The notes beneath the pieces are model-generated. The model worked only from the letters and a program-made list of their open reading frames with translations. It searched no databases and was not told the DNA's origin. Below, in pieces: positions 36,206 to 46,937 of a DNA stretch of 64,000 bases. Within the stretch, counting starts at the first letter, position 1, and each line of letters begins with the position of its first letter. The stretch is from Alphaproteobacteria bacterium (lineage in GTDB: Bacteria; Pseudomonadota; Alphaproteobacteria; UBA828), in NCBI GenBank assembly GCA_963667785.2, contig CAXXMU010000001.1, positions 960,001 to 1,024,000 on the forward strand, in the 5' to 3' direction. A program made the position numbers and the translations under genes.

Positions 36206-37348
36206 TCAGCGCCGCGGCAGGGCGTCCGCCGCCAGCACCTGCCGCACCAGGGCGACCTGCCCCGACACGCCCAGCTTCCGGTAGGTCTGCTGGATCAGCC
36301 AGCGCACGTAGTTCTCGGACCAGCCCCCGACCGCGGCAATCTCGGGCACCTTCATGCCCTCGGCCAGCAACGCCGACACCCGGCTCTCCGACGGCGTCAG
36401 CCCGAGCATCGCCGCCACCCGCTGAGCGTCGATGCGCGGTTTCCGCGCCGGGTCGACCAGCAGCACCAGCGCCGCCACCCGGCGCCCGCCGAAATCACCC
36501 GCACCGTCACCCACCGGGCTCACGTGCAGTCCCAGCCGGGACCGGCCCGAAGGATGTTGGATCGTCATCGAACCGCCGCTCGGGACCTCCCCCCACAAGT
36601 CCGGCAGCGCCCGCCCCAGCAGTCTCTGCAGGCGGCTGCGGTCCGCCGGCAGCCAGGCCTCCAGTGCGCCATCGCGGTCGAGCAGCCCATCGCCGCGGCG
36701 CAGGATGTCCAGCGCCGGCCCGTTCGCCTCCAGCACCCGCCCGGCGCGGTCCAGCTGCACCACGCCGATGCGGTCGTTGGCGAGCAGGCCGGCGAGGCCG
36801 GCGCCCAGCGCTTCGGCCGCCGCCAGCGCCTGGCGCAGGCCGATGAACTGGCGGACATGCGGCAGCAGGCGCTCGACCAGCCGGACTCCGCCAGACTCCC
36901 AGCCGTCGCCGCCCTCGGGGTCGCCCAGCACCCAGACCACGCGCAGCTCGTCCGGCGCGCCGAAATGCACGGTCAGGCCGTTCTGCCCGCCCAGGCGGCG
37001 CCAGCCCTCGTTGTACGCGACCGACGTCTTCAGCTCCTCTTCGGTGTAGAGCTCCCGGGCAGGAGCCAGCCGGCCCTCGCGAAGCGCCATGCGCCGGCGC
37101 GGCGCCTCGTCGTGCGGGAAGTAGAGCTCGAAATATTCCTGCGCCATGTCCGGGCGATCGTCGCCGCGGTAGAGCAGGCGGGCGAAGTCGACGCGCTCGT
37201 AGTCGGCCCCGTCGCCGACCACCATGAAATTGCCGACCGCGCCGCAGGCCTCCTCGATCAGCGCGCTGGCCGCCGGCCAGTGGGCGTCGTCGCGCGCGGC
37301 CCGGTACAGCGCCTCCAGGATGCGCTGGAAGGCATCGTCCGGGTTCAC
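36206..37348 (-). CDS. LuxR-type HTH transcriptional regulator with PAS-like domain
   Basis: GVVQLDRAGRVLEAN PAS-like segment; C-terminal LTPSESRV..LLAEG..EIA..YRKLGVSGQVALV. Confidence 0.85.
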   Translation of the reverse strand: MNPDDAFQRILEALYRAARDDAHWPAASALIEEACGAVGNFMVVGDGADYERVDFARLLYRGDDRPDMAQEYFELYFPHDEAPRRRMALREGRLAPARELYTEEELKTSVAYNEGWRRLGGQNGLTVHFGAPDELRVVWVLGDPEGGDGWESGGVRLVERLLPHVRQFIGLRQALAAAEALGAGLAGLLANDRIGVVQLDRAGRVLEANGPALDILRRGDGLLDRDGALEAWLPADRSRLQRLLGRALPDLWGEVPSGGSMTIQHPSGRSRLGLHVSPVGDGAGDFGGRRVAALVLLVDPARKPRIDAQRVAAMLGLTPSESRVSALLAEGMKVPEIAAVGGWSENYVRWLIQQTYRKLGVSGQVALVRQVLAADALPRR

Positions 37349-37593
37349 GCCGCCTCCCCCCGGCGGCGCGTCCCCGCCCGTGTCACCCGCGAAGCGGATG
37401 GCTGAAGAATGGCGCCGTTACACACGCTTCTCCTCGATCCGGCAAATCGACCGGACTCCGAACTCCGCCCACCAGCCGTTCCGCAAACACTCGCGCCGGA
37501 CGCCCAACCGCGACGTCGGCGGCCGCTTGCCCGGACAGGCCCGGTGGAGGGTCGGCGCAGCGTTCCATACGCGAACCCGGGAAACGCTGCCAC

Positions 37594-37609
37594 CCTTCAA
37601 AATTGAAGG
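37594..37609. promoter_or_regulatory. Cargo palindrome copy 2 (CCTTCAAAATTGAAGG)
   Basis: 7-bp inverted arms; upstream of the LuxR-type gene. Confidence 0.65.
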
Positions 37610-37982
37610 TATTGCGAAAAACGCGGCGGAAAAAAATGCGCCTATTCCCGGTCAAATTCCAGCGATGAGGGTCTATTGTGGCTTGGAGCTGGTTCGTGCG
37701 GCGCTATGGACGAAGCGCGGGATCACGGCCTTGAGGTTGTAGCGCAAGGCGACGCTGGCGAGGCAGCGCTCGGCAGGGTCGGCTCCGAGCTTACGCTGGA
37801 TTCCGGTGATCGCGCTCGTGATGTTGCCGAGCGTCATATTGGCAACGGACCCGGACCGGGAAAGGCGGATCCTCGTATCGCGGACGGGCGACACGGGCCG
37901 CCCGCGCCGATCGGTCATCCGGGTCCGGCCGCAGGAAGGCCCAGGTCTCGGCGCCGCGGACCGTCACCATGCCCGCCGTCCG

Positions 37983-40900
37983 CTACCAGCGGATCGCGCC
38001 CCTGAGCATGAGGCCGTGCTCGGGCGGCTCGTTGCCGTTGGCCGGCTCCGTGCGCATGCCGTCGAGGCTGACCTCGAACCCCGGATCGCCCTCCACCGCC
38101 GAGGTCAGCCGCCAGCCGATGCGGTACTCGCGCGCGGTGTCCGAGAGCCCGAAGCCCAAGTTGGGCGTGCCGGTGAAGCGGTCGCCGAACAGCGCCAGCC
38201 CGTAGCCCATCTCGCCCTGGAGGCCGCGCGACGCCTCGAACGTGCCGTCCGGCGCAAGGCCCTGCGCATCGCGCGCGCCCCACAGCCGCTCCGCCCCGCT
38301 CGACGCCGCGCCCAGCGTCGGGGCGAGCGAGAAGGAGAGCCCGCGCCCGCGCTCATTGGGCGCCAGGCGCACCGTGCCCGACACGCCCCATTCCTCGTAG
38401 TCCGAAGCCGCGTGCGCCACCAGCATCCGCGCCTTCGCCTCGACCGAGAGGCCGGTGCCCGGATCGGCGTAGCTCACCCCGCCGCCGAACTCGACCCCGG
38501 TCCCGGTCTCCGCGTCGCCGCCGTCATGGCGCAGCCCGAGCTCGAGAGACGGGCGCAGCACCGCGCCGCCGCCCATGTCGAACGCGCGGCTGCCCTCGAC
38601 GATCAGCCGCACCCGGTTCGCCGCCGCCGTCGTCCTGCCCTCGTTCGAGACCGGGTCGGACTCGGTCTCCACATGGAACGCGTCCGCCTTGAGCGCGAGG
38701 TCCATGACGCCGGTCTCGTCCTGCGTCAGCAGCGCGCCCCGGCCGCCCAACGCCGCGAGACGCATCGCGAGGTCGGTCCGGGTCGTCCGCTCCGGCTGGC
38801 CGCGGTCGTTCGCCGCCTGGGTAATGGTCATGTCGCCGGCGCCCCAGCCGGCCAGGCCCCACACCGAGACCCGGTCGGTCACCATGAACCGCGCATAGGG
38901 GCTCACGGTGGTCATCGTGCTCTCGATCGTGCCCGAGTCGACGCCCGGATTGTCGAAGCCGCCCTCGCCCTCGCTCACCGAGATGGCGACGCCGGCCAGA
39001 AGCCGGTTCCATTCCGCGTCCGCGCCGAGGATCCCGGTGGTCACGCTGCCGTCGATGCGCACCTTCCCCGTATCCGCCGGCGCCGCGCCGTCGAAGCCGC
39101 CCACCGTCACCCGGCCCCAGGCCGCAAGGCCCGGAGCGGCGCCGTCGCCGTCCCTGGCGAGATGGAACGCGCTCCCGAGCAGCAGCTCGCGGCCCGACAA
39201 CTCGCGCATCGGCGCGCTGCCGGACGCGGGCGCGCTATCGAAGGCGGGGGACCCGCCAGCGCCCGCTCCCAGGCCGGTTCCCGGCCAGCCGTCCCTTTCG
39301 GGCGCCGGCCCTTCCGACGCGCCCATGATCTGCGCGACCGAGGTCAGCGTCCGGCCGAGCCAGACATCGTCCTGCGTCTCCGCGAGATTGACGGTCTGCC
39401 CGCCCACCGTCACCTGCGCGCCCGAGAGCGGGCCGGCAAGCCGGTCGGAGACCGCCTCCGTCACATGGCCCGCCACCGTGCGCCCGAAGCGCGCGAGCCA
39501 CATCTTCTGCAGCGGGTCCGCGTTCTCGATCGTCCCCGTCGCCTCGCCGTCGGCGATCCGCGCGCCGCTCGCATTCGAGAGCCTGAGCGCGAAGGTCTCG
39601 CTTCCCTCGTCGAGCGCGTCGTCGAGCACCGGCACCGAGACGGTCTTCTCCGTCTCGCCCGCCGCGAAGGTGAGCGTGCCGCTGGTCGCGGTGTAGTCCT
39701 CGCCCGCCTTCGCCGAGCCGTCCGCCGTGGCGTAGTCCACCGTGACCGCGCCGGAGGCCGCCCGCGAGAGCGTCACCGCGAAGTCCACCGCCGGTTCTGG
39801 CCCGGGTCACGCGCTTCGCGCCCGTGACCCGCCCGTTGGTCGCCTGCAACGCCTCGTCCCTCAGTGTCTTGTAGCGAAGGGCGCCCGGGAAGTTCTCGCT
39901 GAAGCGCAGCTCGAAGCCGAACCGCCGGCCGTCATGCTCCGCCGGCACGCCAACGAACGACGCCGTCAGCGGCGGCGCTTGCGCCACCGTGTCCTCCACC
40001 GGCTCGGGGCCGAAGCTTTCGATCGCCAGACCGCCCGCGTCGCGCAGCGCCGGCCCGCCGGCAGGCATCGTGTAGACCGGCCTGACCGTCTGGCCCCGCA
40101 CCGGAGTTATCGAACACCGTTGCCAGCAGGCATTCGGATTCGCGTAGGCCACCGTGACCGTTTCGCCCGGCCGCACCGGCTCCGCCAGCACAAGGCCCAC
40201 CCTGTTGTCTCTCCAGAAGGCTTGCCGCGTCTCCCGGCGCTCGCCGCCGACCACCACCGTGTAGTCCGTGTGGACCCCCGCGGCCAGGACATCCCTGGAG
40301 AAGGCGAGCCACAGGCCACGCCCCTGTTCCTCCATCGCGGTGCTCTCCAGCCGGGCCGGGTAAGAACGGAACTCGATGGCGAAGTGCTCGAACTTCGGCA
40401 CGTCGGGATTGCCCTCGCCGGCGCCCTGGAGCGGGACAGAGGCCGGCTTGTAATAGGTCACGGTGGTACTTCGTCTCGCCGACGGCACCGCATCGGGAAG
40501 GGTGACCTTGACCAGCGACCCCGCGACCATCGCCGTGCCGATGCCGTAGATGTCGCGCCTGGGGAGGTTATTGGGAACGTCGGACGAACTCACCCGGAAG
40601 GCGCTCCCGGCCGGGCGCGACGCCTCGTTCAGTGCGCCGTCGAATTCCACCGTCAGCAGCGTCCCCGCCAACCGCGCCCGCAACGGCCGGGGCGCCGCGC
40701 CGTCGCCTGCCGTGCGGTTCGTCACCGCAAACTCCTGGAACGGCGGCGCCTCGGTGCCGCCGCCGTCCCTCAACACCCCGTCGTCGACCGCTTGGTAGCT
40801 CACCGTCAGCATCTGGCCGGCGCGGGCCGGCGGGGCCAGACTCAGCGTCGCTGTCGCGCCGCTCATGGAAACCGCGTAGGGATGCACCACGCCTTTGCGG

Positions 40901-41643
40901 GCGCCGGCCTCGACGTCGGTGCCCCGCACGGCGAGGGCGAACTTGAGATCGCGCGTGTCCACCGACCCGTCCAGCGCCTTGTCGAAGGTCACCGTCAGCG
41001 TCGCGCCGTTCACCGACCCGCTCACGGGCCGCGGTCCCGCCACACCCGTCACGCTGCCGTCGACCCTGTGCTTCGCGTCGCCCGACCCGGGCAGGCCGCG
41101 CAACGTCAGGTCGGCGGCCGCGCCCGTCCATGTGCCGACCGCCGTCCCCAGGAACAGCACTTTGCCGTTGTCGAACGTCTGCACCCACACCCCGTCCGGA
41201 TCCGCGTCGCCGGGCCTGACCGTGTGCTCGAAGCGCAGCAGCATGCCGTTCATATCGCTGTAGTCCGAGAGCACGATGCGGCTGTTGCCGGGATCGGCGT
41301 CGTCACGACCGAGGTCCAGCCGCAGACGAAGGGCGTCGCTGGTGACCGTTATCGGCTCGCTGAACACCACGTCGACCAGGATCTTGTCGCCCCGGACATA
41401 GGTGTCGTACGCGCCGTCGCCGTCCGCGTCGTGGGACGGCGCCGAGACGATCCGCACCTGCTCGATCGTCGGCCCGTCCTGCGCGCCGGCGGGCGCGGCG
41501 AACAGGATCGCCGCCAGCGCCAGGAGGACCGCCGGAACTCCCCGGTGCCACGGTAGAACGCCTCCGTCGCCACCGCTTCCTTCGGGCCGATGCTCGTCCG
41601 AATCGGGGCCGATAGTCCCAACTGCTTCAGAAAAACCTTCCAT
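37983..41643 (-). pseudogene. Second autotransporter-like adhesin, frameshifted and internally deleted near 39783-39805
   Basis: N-part (signal, DADGDG, SwmB-like) and C-part (Calx-beta plus barrel, 37983-39788) are in different frames; both paralogous to the giant adhesin. Confidence 0.8.
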
Positions 41644-42041
41644 CCCCCAGGCAAACCCGTGAAACCATCTCCCGTGACGCGGAGAGCCGGCGGCGGTCGG
41701 CGGGCAGGCCGCCGCTGCTCGACATACCCTTCAGATCGCTGCGGTAGGTCTTGCCGCCACCGGCGCCAACGCGAACCGGTCCCCTCCGCCCGCGCGACCG
41801 ATCTCGCCCGTCGCCGGGCGGCGGACCGCAACGGCGCCGGTGGTCAGTGTCGTGGATGATTGGCTATGGGGCGTCGCTACCTACACGGCAGCTGAGTTGC
41901 GGTCGGACGCCGCGCGTCACCTGCCCAGTGCGAACTACGAACTTCAATCGGTACGCTGTTTGTCGCCCCCAGTCCGGCCCCTGATCGCTGCCGGCATTTC
42001 ACCAAAGGCAACAGCGTAGATAAGCCCAAACTCCTGTAAAT

Positions 42042-42057
42042 CCTTCAATATTGAAGG
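42042..42057. promoter_or_regulatory. Cargo palindrome copy 3 (perfect CCTTCAATATTGAAGG)
   Basis: Perfect 16-bp palindrome upstream of the second adhesin; left flank resembles that of copy 1. Confidence 0.65.
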
Positions 42058-42237
42058 TGGAGCTGCCACGCTTCGCGCCAATGCCAGCGCCGTTGGTGGA
42101 CCCGACGCCGCTGCTGCTGGGGGCACGGGTCGAAGGGATGAGCCTCCTCAACGGCGGGATCGTCTGCAATGTGGAGTTCCGTAGCGCGCCGCGGCCGATC
42201 CTTGGACTGGTCACGGCGAAACCGGCGGCCGAAGACG

Positions 42238-42744
42238 CTACTTCTGCCAGGTGCAGTCCGCTGTCAGGACCAAGCGGTTGCCCGGCAGGTGTTGCGCGTC
42301 GTAGGGGCATTGGCCGCTCAAGCCGACATACTTGCCGGTGCCGCCCAGCAATTCCCATCGGCCGGCACCGACGCTCCCCGCCTCGACCCCGCCGGCGCTT
42401 CTCTTCGCCCGCGCGTACCAACTGTCGCCGGAGGCATCGGCGAACGTGCAGGATGCCCGGATATCGGTGTCGGCCTCCGAAATCGTCGCATAGACTACGC
42501 ACGTCATGAGGTGAGCCGCTCCCTCGGCAAAGACTCCACCGCTACTCTGGAACACGGTGCTGGTCCCGGTCGAGCTGCCGCCGGTGACCTTCGCGCCGGC
42601 ATGGTCGATCGTCGTGTAGTCGTAAACGACGCTCATCAGCGCACGGAAACTGCCGCTCACCTCCGCCGCTGCGCCGTGAGTCCAGAACGCGAAGCCCATT
42701 GCAGCAATGGCCAACGCAGCTACCGTCATCCTTCCTGAATGCAT
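42238..42744 (-). CDS. Secreted beta-rich hypothetical protein (open frame extends upstream to 43137)
   Basis: GAGG RBS, signal peptide, four Cys, GRWELLGGTGKY.GLSG motif. Confidence 0.6.
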   Translation of the reverse strand: MHSGRMTVAALAIAAMGFAFWTHGAAAEVSGSFRALMSVVYDYTTIDHAGAKVTGGSSTGTSTVFQSSGGVFAEGAAHLMTCVVYATISEADTDIRASCTFADASGDSWYARAKRSAGGVEAGSVGAGRWELLGGTGKYVGLSGQCPYDAQHLPGNRLVLTADCTWQK

Positions 42745-43347
42745 CGCTGTCCCTTTCCTCAATGCCAGCCGATCGTGAGAATGGCGGGGTCGGCGCCTCC
42801 ATCGGCCGTCGAGAATGTGGCCGTGGCCCATCTCGCGCAGCCTCTCCTTCACGAGTTCGAGCTGAGCGCTCGCCTCGGTGAACTCTTGCAGATCCCTCAC
42901 GACCTGCGCCGGCGCCATGTTCACCCCGGCCCGGGCACTGGCGGGGGTGCCCGGCCATCTACAGGCGAACGTCTGTCCGCTGTGGGAAACGCCGACATCA
43001 TCCAGGCCGGTCTCCGGTGCCGCCGCGAGCTGCCTGGCGTCGGTGGCGAACTGCCCGATGCTTTGCCGAAGACCGAGAACCCTCTTCTTCAACCGACTGT
43101 ATTCCAGGAGCGTGTCGGCAGGCGCCGAGTCCATCATCTACTTCACCTCGTGCGATCGGTCTAAATGGCGGATCAAGAGGCCCAAGATCGCGAACCCGAT
43201 ACCCTTCCCGGCCGACGGCTGTCGCGACGGTCCCGGCATGGGCACGGGCCTTGCGTCGGGCAAGCTGCGCGTCATGGCCGAAGCCCCGCCGATGAAGCGA
43301 TTGATCGCCATCGATTATCGTGAACATGCTCGGCAATCGCGCCTGAG

Positions 43348-43881
43348 TTACCGCCGCAGGCGAATCCACAACCACCGGAGCGTGCCGACGGCCGCCGCCG
43401 CCGCAGTGGCGGCAATGAGCACCGTCTTGACCAGCGTGAACGTTGCCGCCAGCCATGCGAGCGGCGATGGCGACCCGGCATGGCTCAACGCCAGCCCCGC
43501 GACGGTCATGTTCTCCAGCATGTCGGCGGCCGCCATCGCGAGCGGCAGCAGAAAGAGCGGCGCCCCGCCCCGGAACAGGCGGAACAGCAGGATCGCCAGC
43601 AGCAGGCCGTAGGCGACGGGGAACGCCATGTCGATGGTGAGCCCGGTCGCCGCATAGACCAGCCTCGCGCTGGCGTCGAGCCGGTCGAGCCCGTCGAACA
43701 GGGCCGCAGCCTCGCCCGGCGTGTACCAGCCCCGGCTGTCCAGGAGCTCGAGGCCGCCCAGCCGCTGTTGCCGCCAGACCAGGCCCGCCACGCAGGCGGC
43801 GACGCCGGCCATTGCCGCGGCCGCCACCCGCCGGGTCGCGTATCGCCGCAGCGCCGAACGGATGAACATCGCCATCGCCAT
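43348..43881 (-). CDS. Hypothetical multi-TM membrane protein
   Basis: LD..WYTP, IDMAFPVAY, ADMLEN; about four hydrophobic segments. Confidence 0.7.
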   Translation of the reverse strand: MAMAMFIRSALRRYATRRVAAAAMAGVAACVAGLVWRQQRLGGLELLDSRGWYTPGEAAALFDGLDRLDASARLVYAATGLTIDMAFPVAYGLLLAILLFRLFRGGAPLFLLPLAMAAADMLENMTVAGLALSHAGSPSPLAWLAATFTLVKTVLIAATAAAAAVGTLRWLWIRLRR

Positions 43882-44170
43882 ACCCCGGTCGCAGCGGCTC
43901 GGCCAGCGGCATTCTCGCCACCCCTAGCCGAAGGCGCCAGCAGCGTGCCTCCGAACATGCCGCGGCGACATCGAGGTAGCTGGACACGGCGTTGTCATGT
44001 CCACCCTCGTGCCGTTAGTGGACTCGGTTCTGCACGTGGCGCAGACGGACGGATGGCAGGATCCCGAGCGGCGCTGCGCCGCGGCGAGCCCCCCGGCGAG
44101 GAGCGTCCTCGCTTTGGAGGTTTGACCGGCTCCTTGGGGCCCCTTTCGCGTGACTGCCGGCGCGGAGAGG

Positions 44171-44286
44171 GTGTGCGGCATTTTCAGGCGCCATGGCATC
44201 GCGGAGTCGTTCGGCGGCAGGCGCGCTGGCGGCCGCCCTCTCGCTCGCGGCCTGCGGCGGAGGCAGCGATACCGTGCCCCCCCCCC
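44171..44286 (+). pseudogene. Remnant of the 5' end of the 45668 lipoprotein gene
   Basis: Encodes LAAALSLAACGGGSDTV vs LAATLSLAACGGGGDSV; RBS, ATG and gene body absent. Confidence 0.65.
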
Positions 44287-44341
44287 ACACAAACCGCGAC
44301 GTTGCCGGTGTCCACGATAACGGATCGAATTCGCGGGAAGA

Positions 44342-45070
44342 TTACGGCTGCGCTGCCTCTGTCGGCTGACCGGGAGTGCGCAGCGCGCCGAACACGCCCG
44401 CGAGGCCGTCCCGGTCGAAGGTGCCGGCTGCGCCTTCATGGTCCGCGCCGTAGAACGAGCCGTCGATATCCTGGGTCGCGCCCCCGAATGCGCCGTGGTC
44501 CAGGGTGAGCCCGGACCACGACATGTCCACCCGATCGTTGTCGAAGCTCGTGAGATCCACATCGACGGTCCCCGCCGCCAGGTCGACTTCCAGCCGCGAT
44601 TCGCCTTCCACCGGCGACGAGGTCGCTGTGGGCGTCGTCCCGGATTGCATGGCCTGCTTCTCGTAGGCACGGACAGCCCCGGTCCATACGGCGCTTCCGG
44701 CGGTCGGCGAGGTTCCCGATCGCTTGCCTTCCACCGATGCGACGATCGACCCGTCGAGCCCGGTATTCAGGTGTGCCCAGAATATGGGCTCGCCCGCGGG
44801 CGGACAGCCGATCGCCGTACAGGTGACCACGTCCGCACGCAGATCTCCTCCCCACAGTCCCCAGTTGTCGAAGTCGTGGTCCGGCGTGCCGTCGATCGCG
44901 GTAGTCCGGTACTCGCCCGTGGCGTGCAGCGTCGCGGTGGGAGGACTCATCGTCGAGCCGTCGCCCGACATCGTCGGGGAGACGCCGCTCCCCCCTCCGC
45001 CGCAGCCGGTCAGCGCCAGCGCGACCGCCGCGGCGATCGAAAGAACCAGTGGTGAGCAATTCATGGGCAT
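44342..45070 (-). CDS. Surface lipoprotein with TbpB-like C-terminal barrel
   Basis: Lipobox LTGC-GGGG; IDGSFYGADHEGAAGTF..LAGVFGA. Confidence 0.75.
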   Translation of the reverse strand: MPMNCSPLVLSIAAAVALALTGCGGGGSGVSPTMSGDGSTMSPPTATLHATGEYRTTAIDGTPDHDFDNWGLWGGDLRADVVTCTAIGCPPAGEPIFWAHLNTGLDGSIVASVEGKRSGTSPTAGSAVWTGAVRAYEKQAMQSGTTPTATSSPVEGESRLEVDLAAGTVDVDLTSFDNDRVDMSWSGLTLDHGAFGGATQDIDGSFYGADHEGAAGTFDRDGLAGVFGALRTPGQPTEAAQP

Positions 45071-45194
45071 GCCGCGTTACTCCTCATGCTGGCTCTAACG
45101 GGCCGAACGTGCTGCATATTGAAGATATCTTGGGCGACACTGTTGTCAGGCACACTCTGTCGATCTCCCCCCGCAATCCAGCCAGGTCGATGTG

Positions 45195-45254
45195 TCACCG
45201 CGCCGTTCGGTACAGCGACTCCAGGATGCGCAAGAAAGTATCGTCCGGGTTCAC
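45195..45254 (-). pseudogene. Truncated 5' remnant of the LuxR-type regulator
   Basis: Encodes VNPDDTFLRILESLYRTAR-stop vs MNPDDAFQRILEALYRAAR; upstream DNA to 45475 resembles 37349-37612. Confidence 0.75.
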
Positions 45255-45457
45255 GCCGCGTCCCCCCGGCGGCGCGTCCCTGCCGGTGTCGACCGCGAAG
45301 CGGATGGCTGGAGACCGGCGTCACTGCCCACGATACACCTCGCGCTGGCACTTCGATCGGCAACCGCTCCGGAGGACCACCGACCGCCGCAAGCCCGGAC
45401 AGGTCCGGTGCGGGGACCGCGCGGCGAAATCTAGGCGAAGCCCGGTAGTGCGGCCAT

Positions 45458-45473
45458 CCTTCAAAATTGAAGG
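45458..45473. promoter_or_regulatory. Cargo palindrome copy 4 (CCTTCAAAATTGAAGG)
   Basis: Identical to the 37594 copy; between the luxR remnant and the divergent lipoprotein. Confidence 0.65.
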
Positions 45474-45667
45474 TAACGCCAAAGGGGACAAAGGCCTTCG
45501 CGGCCCGGCGCGGACATCCAACTCGCGGCGCAGGTCGGCGCGGCGCTGCGCCGCATCGCCGGGCGTGTAGGCGGCCTTTTCGAGTACGATGGCATTGTGG
45601 GGCATTCGGCGGCAGGTGCGCGACCGACTGCCTCCTGTGCGTCGATCGGCGGCAACGGGAGGCCCAC

Positions 45668-46579
45668 ATGAGACGCTATTCCGTGTGCGGCGTGGCGCTG
45701 GCGGCGACCCTCTCGCTCGCGGCCTGCGGCGGGGGCGGCGATAGCGTGTCCGAGAGGGCGCCCACATTGAGCGAGATCAGGGCGCTGACCGGCCTGTCGG
45801 CGCCGGTCGAGACGGCGGAGGCGGCGCAGGCGCGCAGCCTGGACATCTTCGCGCGCGCCGATTCCCTGATCCTGTCCACGATCCACGGGGAAACGGACAA
45901 TGCGGAGATTCCCACGTTCCGCCACACGACACAGTGCAGCGGATCGCGGTGCACCGTGACAGAGCCGCTGAGCGGCACCGTCGATACCATCGAGCTTGCC
46001 AACACCCCCCTCAGGCACGGCGCCGCTACCGCCATCGGCTCGAAGCACGGCATCACCCTGGTGTCGGAGGCCTCGGTCCATACGGGCGCGGACCTCGCCA
46101 GTCTCGGCGCCTGGCTGGAGCACGGTACGTTCGCGATCCTGAACGAGCGCCAGACCGGCGACGAGGGCACGGTCGACGTCTGGTACGGGATAATCGTGGG
46201 CGGCCTCACGGGAACCGCTCCGACCGGGCGCGCGACCTGGCTCGGCATCATGGTGGGAACGCCCGTCGCCGGGGAATCCCGCGGCGAGCGGCTCGTGGGA
46301 GACGCGGCCCTGACCTACGACTTTTCTTCCGGGGGCGGCGGGTCCGGGCCTTCCCTCGACGCCGCGTTCGGCGGGATCAAGAACATCGACCGCGGGGCGG
46401 CGCACACGGTCGAGACGGTGATCTTCTCCGACCTCGCGGTCGGTGCGGACGGGACCTTCGCGAGGGGCCAGTCCGGCGCGCGCATTCAGGGCGGCTTCCA
46501 CGGCTCCGGCCACGCCGAGGCGGCGGGCATCTTCGAGCAGTCCGACATCGTCGGCGCCTTCGGCGCGACGCGGCAGTAG
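45668..46579 (+). CDS. Surface lipoprotein with TbpB-like C-terminal barrel
   Basis: GGAGG RBS, lipobox LAAC-GGGG, IQGGFHGSGHAEAAGIF..IVGAFGA. Confidence 0.8.
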   Translation: MRRYSVCGVALAATLSLAACGGGGDSVSERAPTLSEIRALTGLSAPVETAEAAQARSLDIFARADSLILSTIHGETDNAEIPTFRHTTQCSGSRCTVTEPLSGTVDTIELANTPLRHGAATAIGSKHGITLVSEASVHTGADLASLGAWLEHGTFAILNERQTGDEGTVDVWYGIIVGGLTGTAPTGRATWLGIMVGTPVAGESRGERLVGDAALTYDFSSGGGGSGPSLDAAFGGIKNIDRGAAHTVETVIFSDLAVGADGTFARGQSGARIQGGFHGSGHAEAAGIFEQSDIVGAFGATRQ

Positions 46580-46732
46580 ACGCGCCTCCGTATCGCCGGC
46601 TCCGCCGCGCGGCGGAGACGGTGCCCGCGGGCCGAATCGAGGAAGACGACGAGATGGGCATCGGCCAACGGCGACGGCCCCGCTTCACGCTCCAGGACGA
46701 GGCTCGGCGAACCGCTACCCCATCCCCCTGAC

Positions 46733-46877
46733 ACACGAACCGTGACGTCGCCGGCGTCCACCAAAACGGATCGGGTTCACGGGGAGATTACGGCCGCGCT
46801 GCTTCCGTCGCCCGACCGGGAGTGCGCAGCGCGCCGAACACGCCTGCGAGACCGTCCCGGTCGAAGGTGCCGGCTGC
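46733..46877 (-). pseudogene. 3' remnant of the 44342 lipoprotein (direct repeat of 44287-44431)
   Basis: 46788-46877 encodes AAGTFDRDGLAGVFGALRTPGRATEAARP-stop. Confidence 0.75.
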
Positions 46878-46937
46878 ACGAATGTCGGGAGGGGGCGCAC
46901 CGCACGGTCGTCATGGCAGTGCCGGAGCGAGCTGCCG

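Noticed and set aside
35765-36846. Plus-strand ORFs containing (LGSAR)n
   Set aside because: Translation artefacts of the microsatellite, antisense to real genes
37666-37900. Possible decayed plus-strand secreted-protein start (WIPVIALVMLPSVILA) after palindrome copy 2
   Set aside because: Interrupted by a stop, short, and no paralog identified
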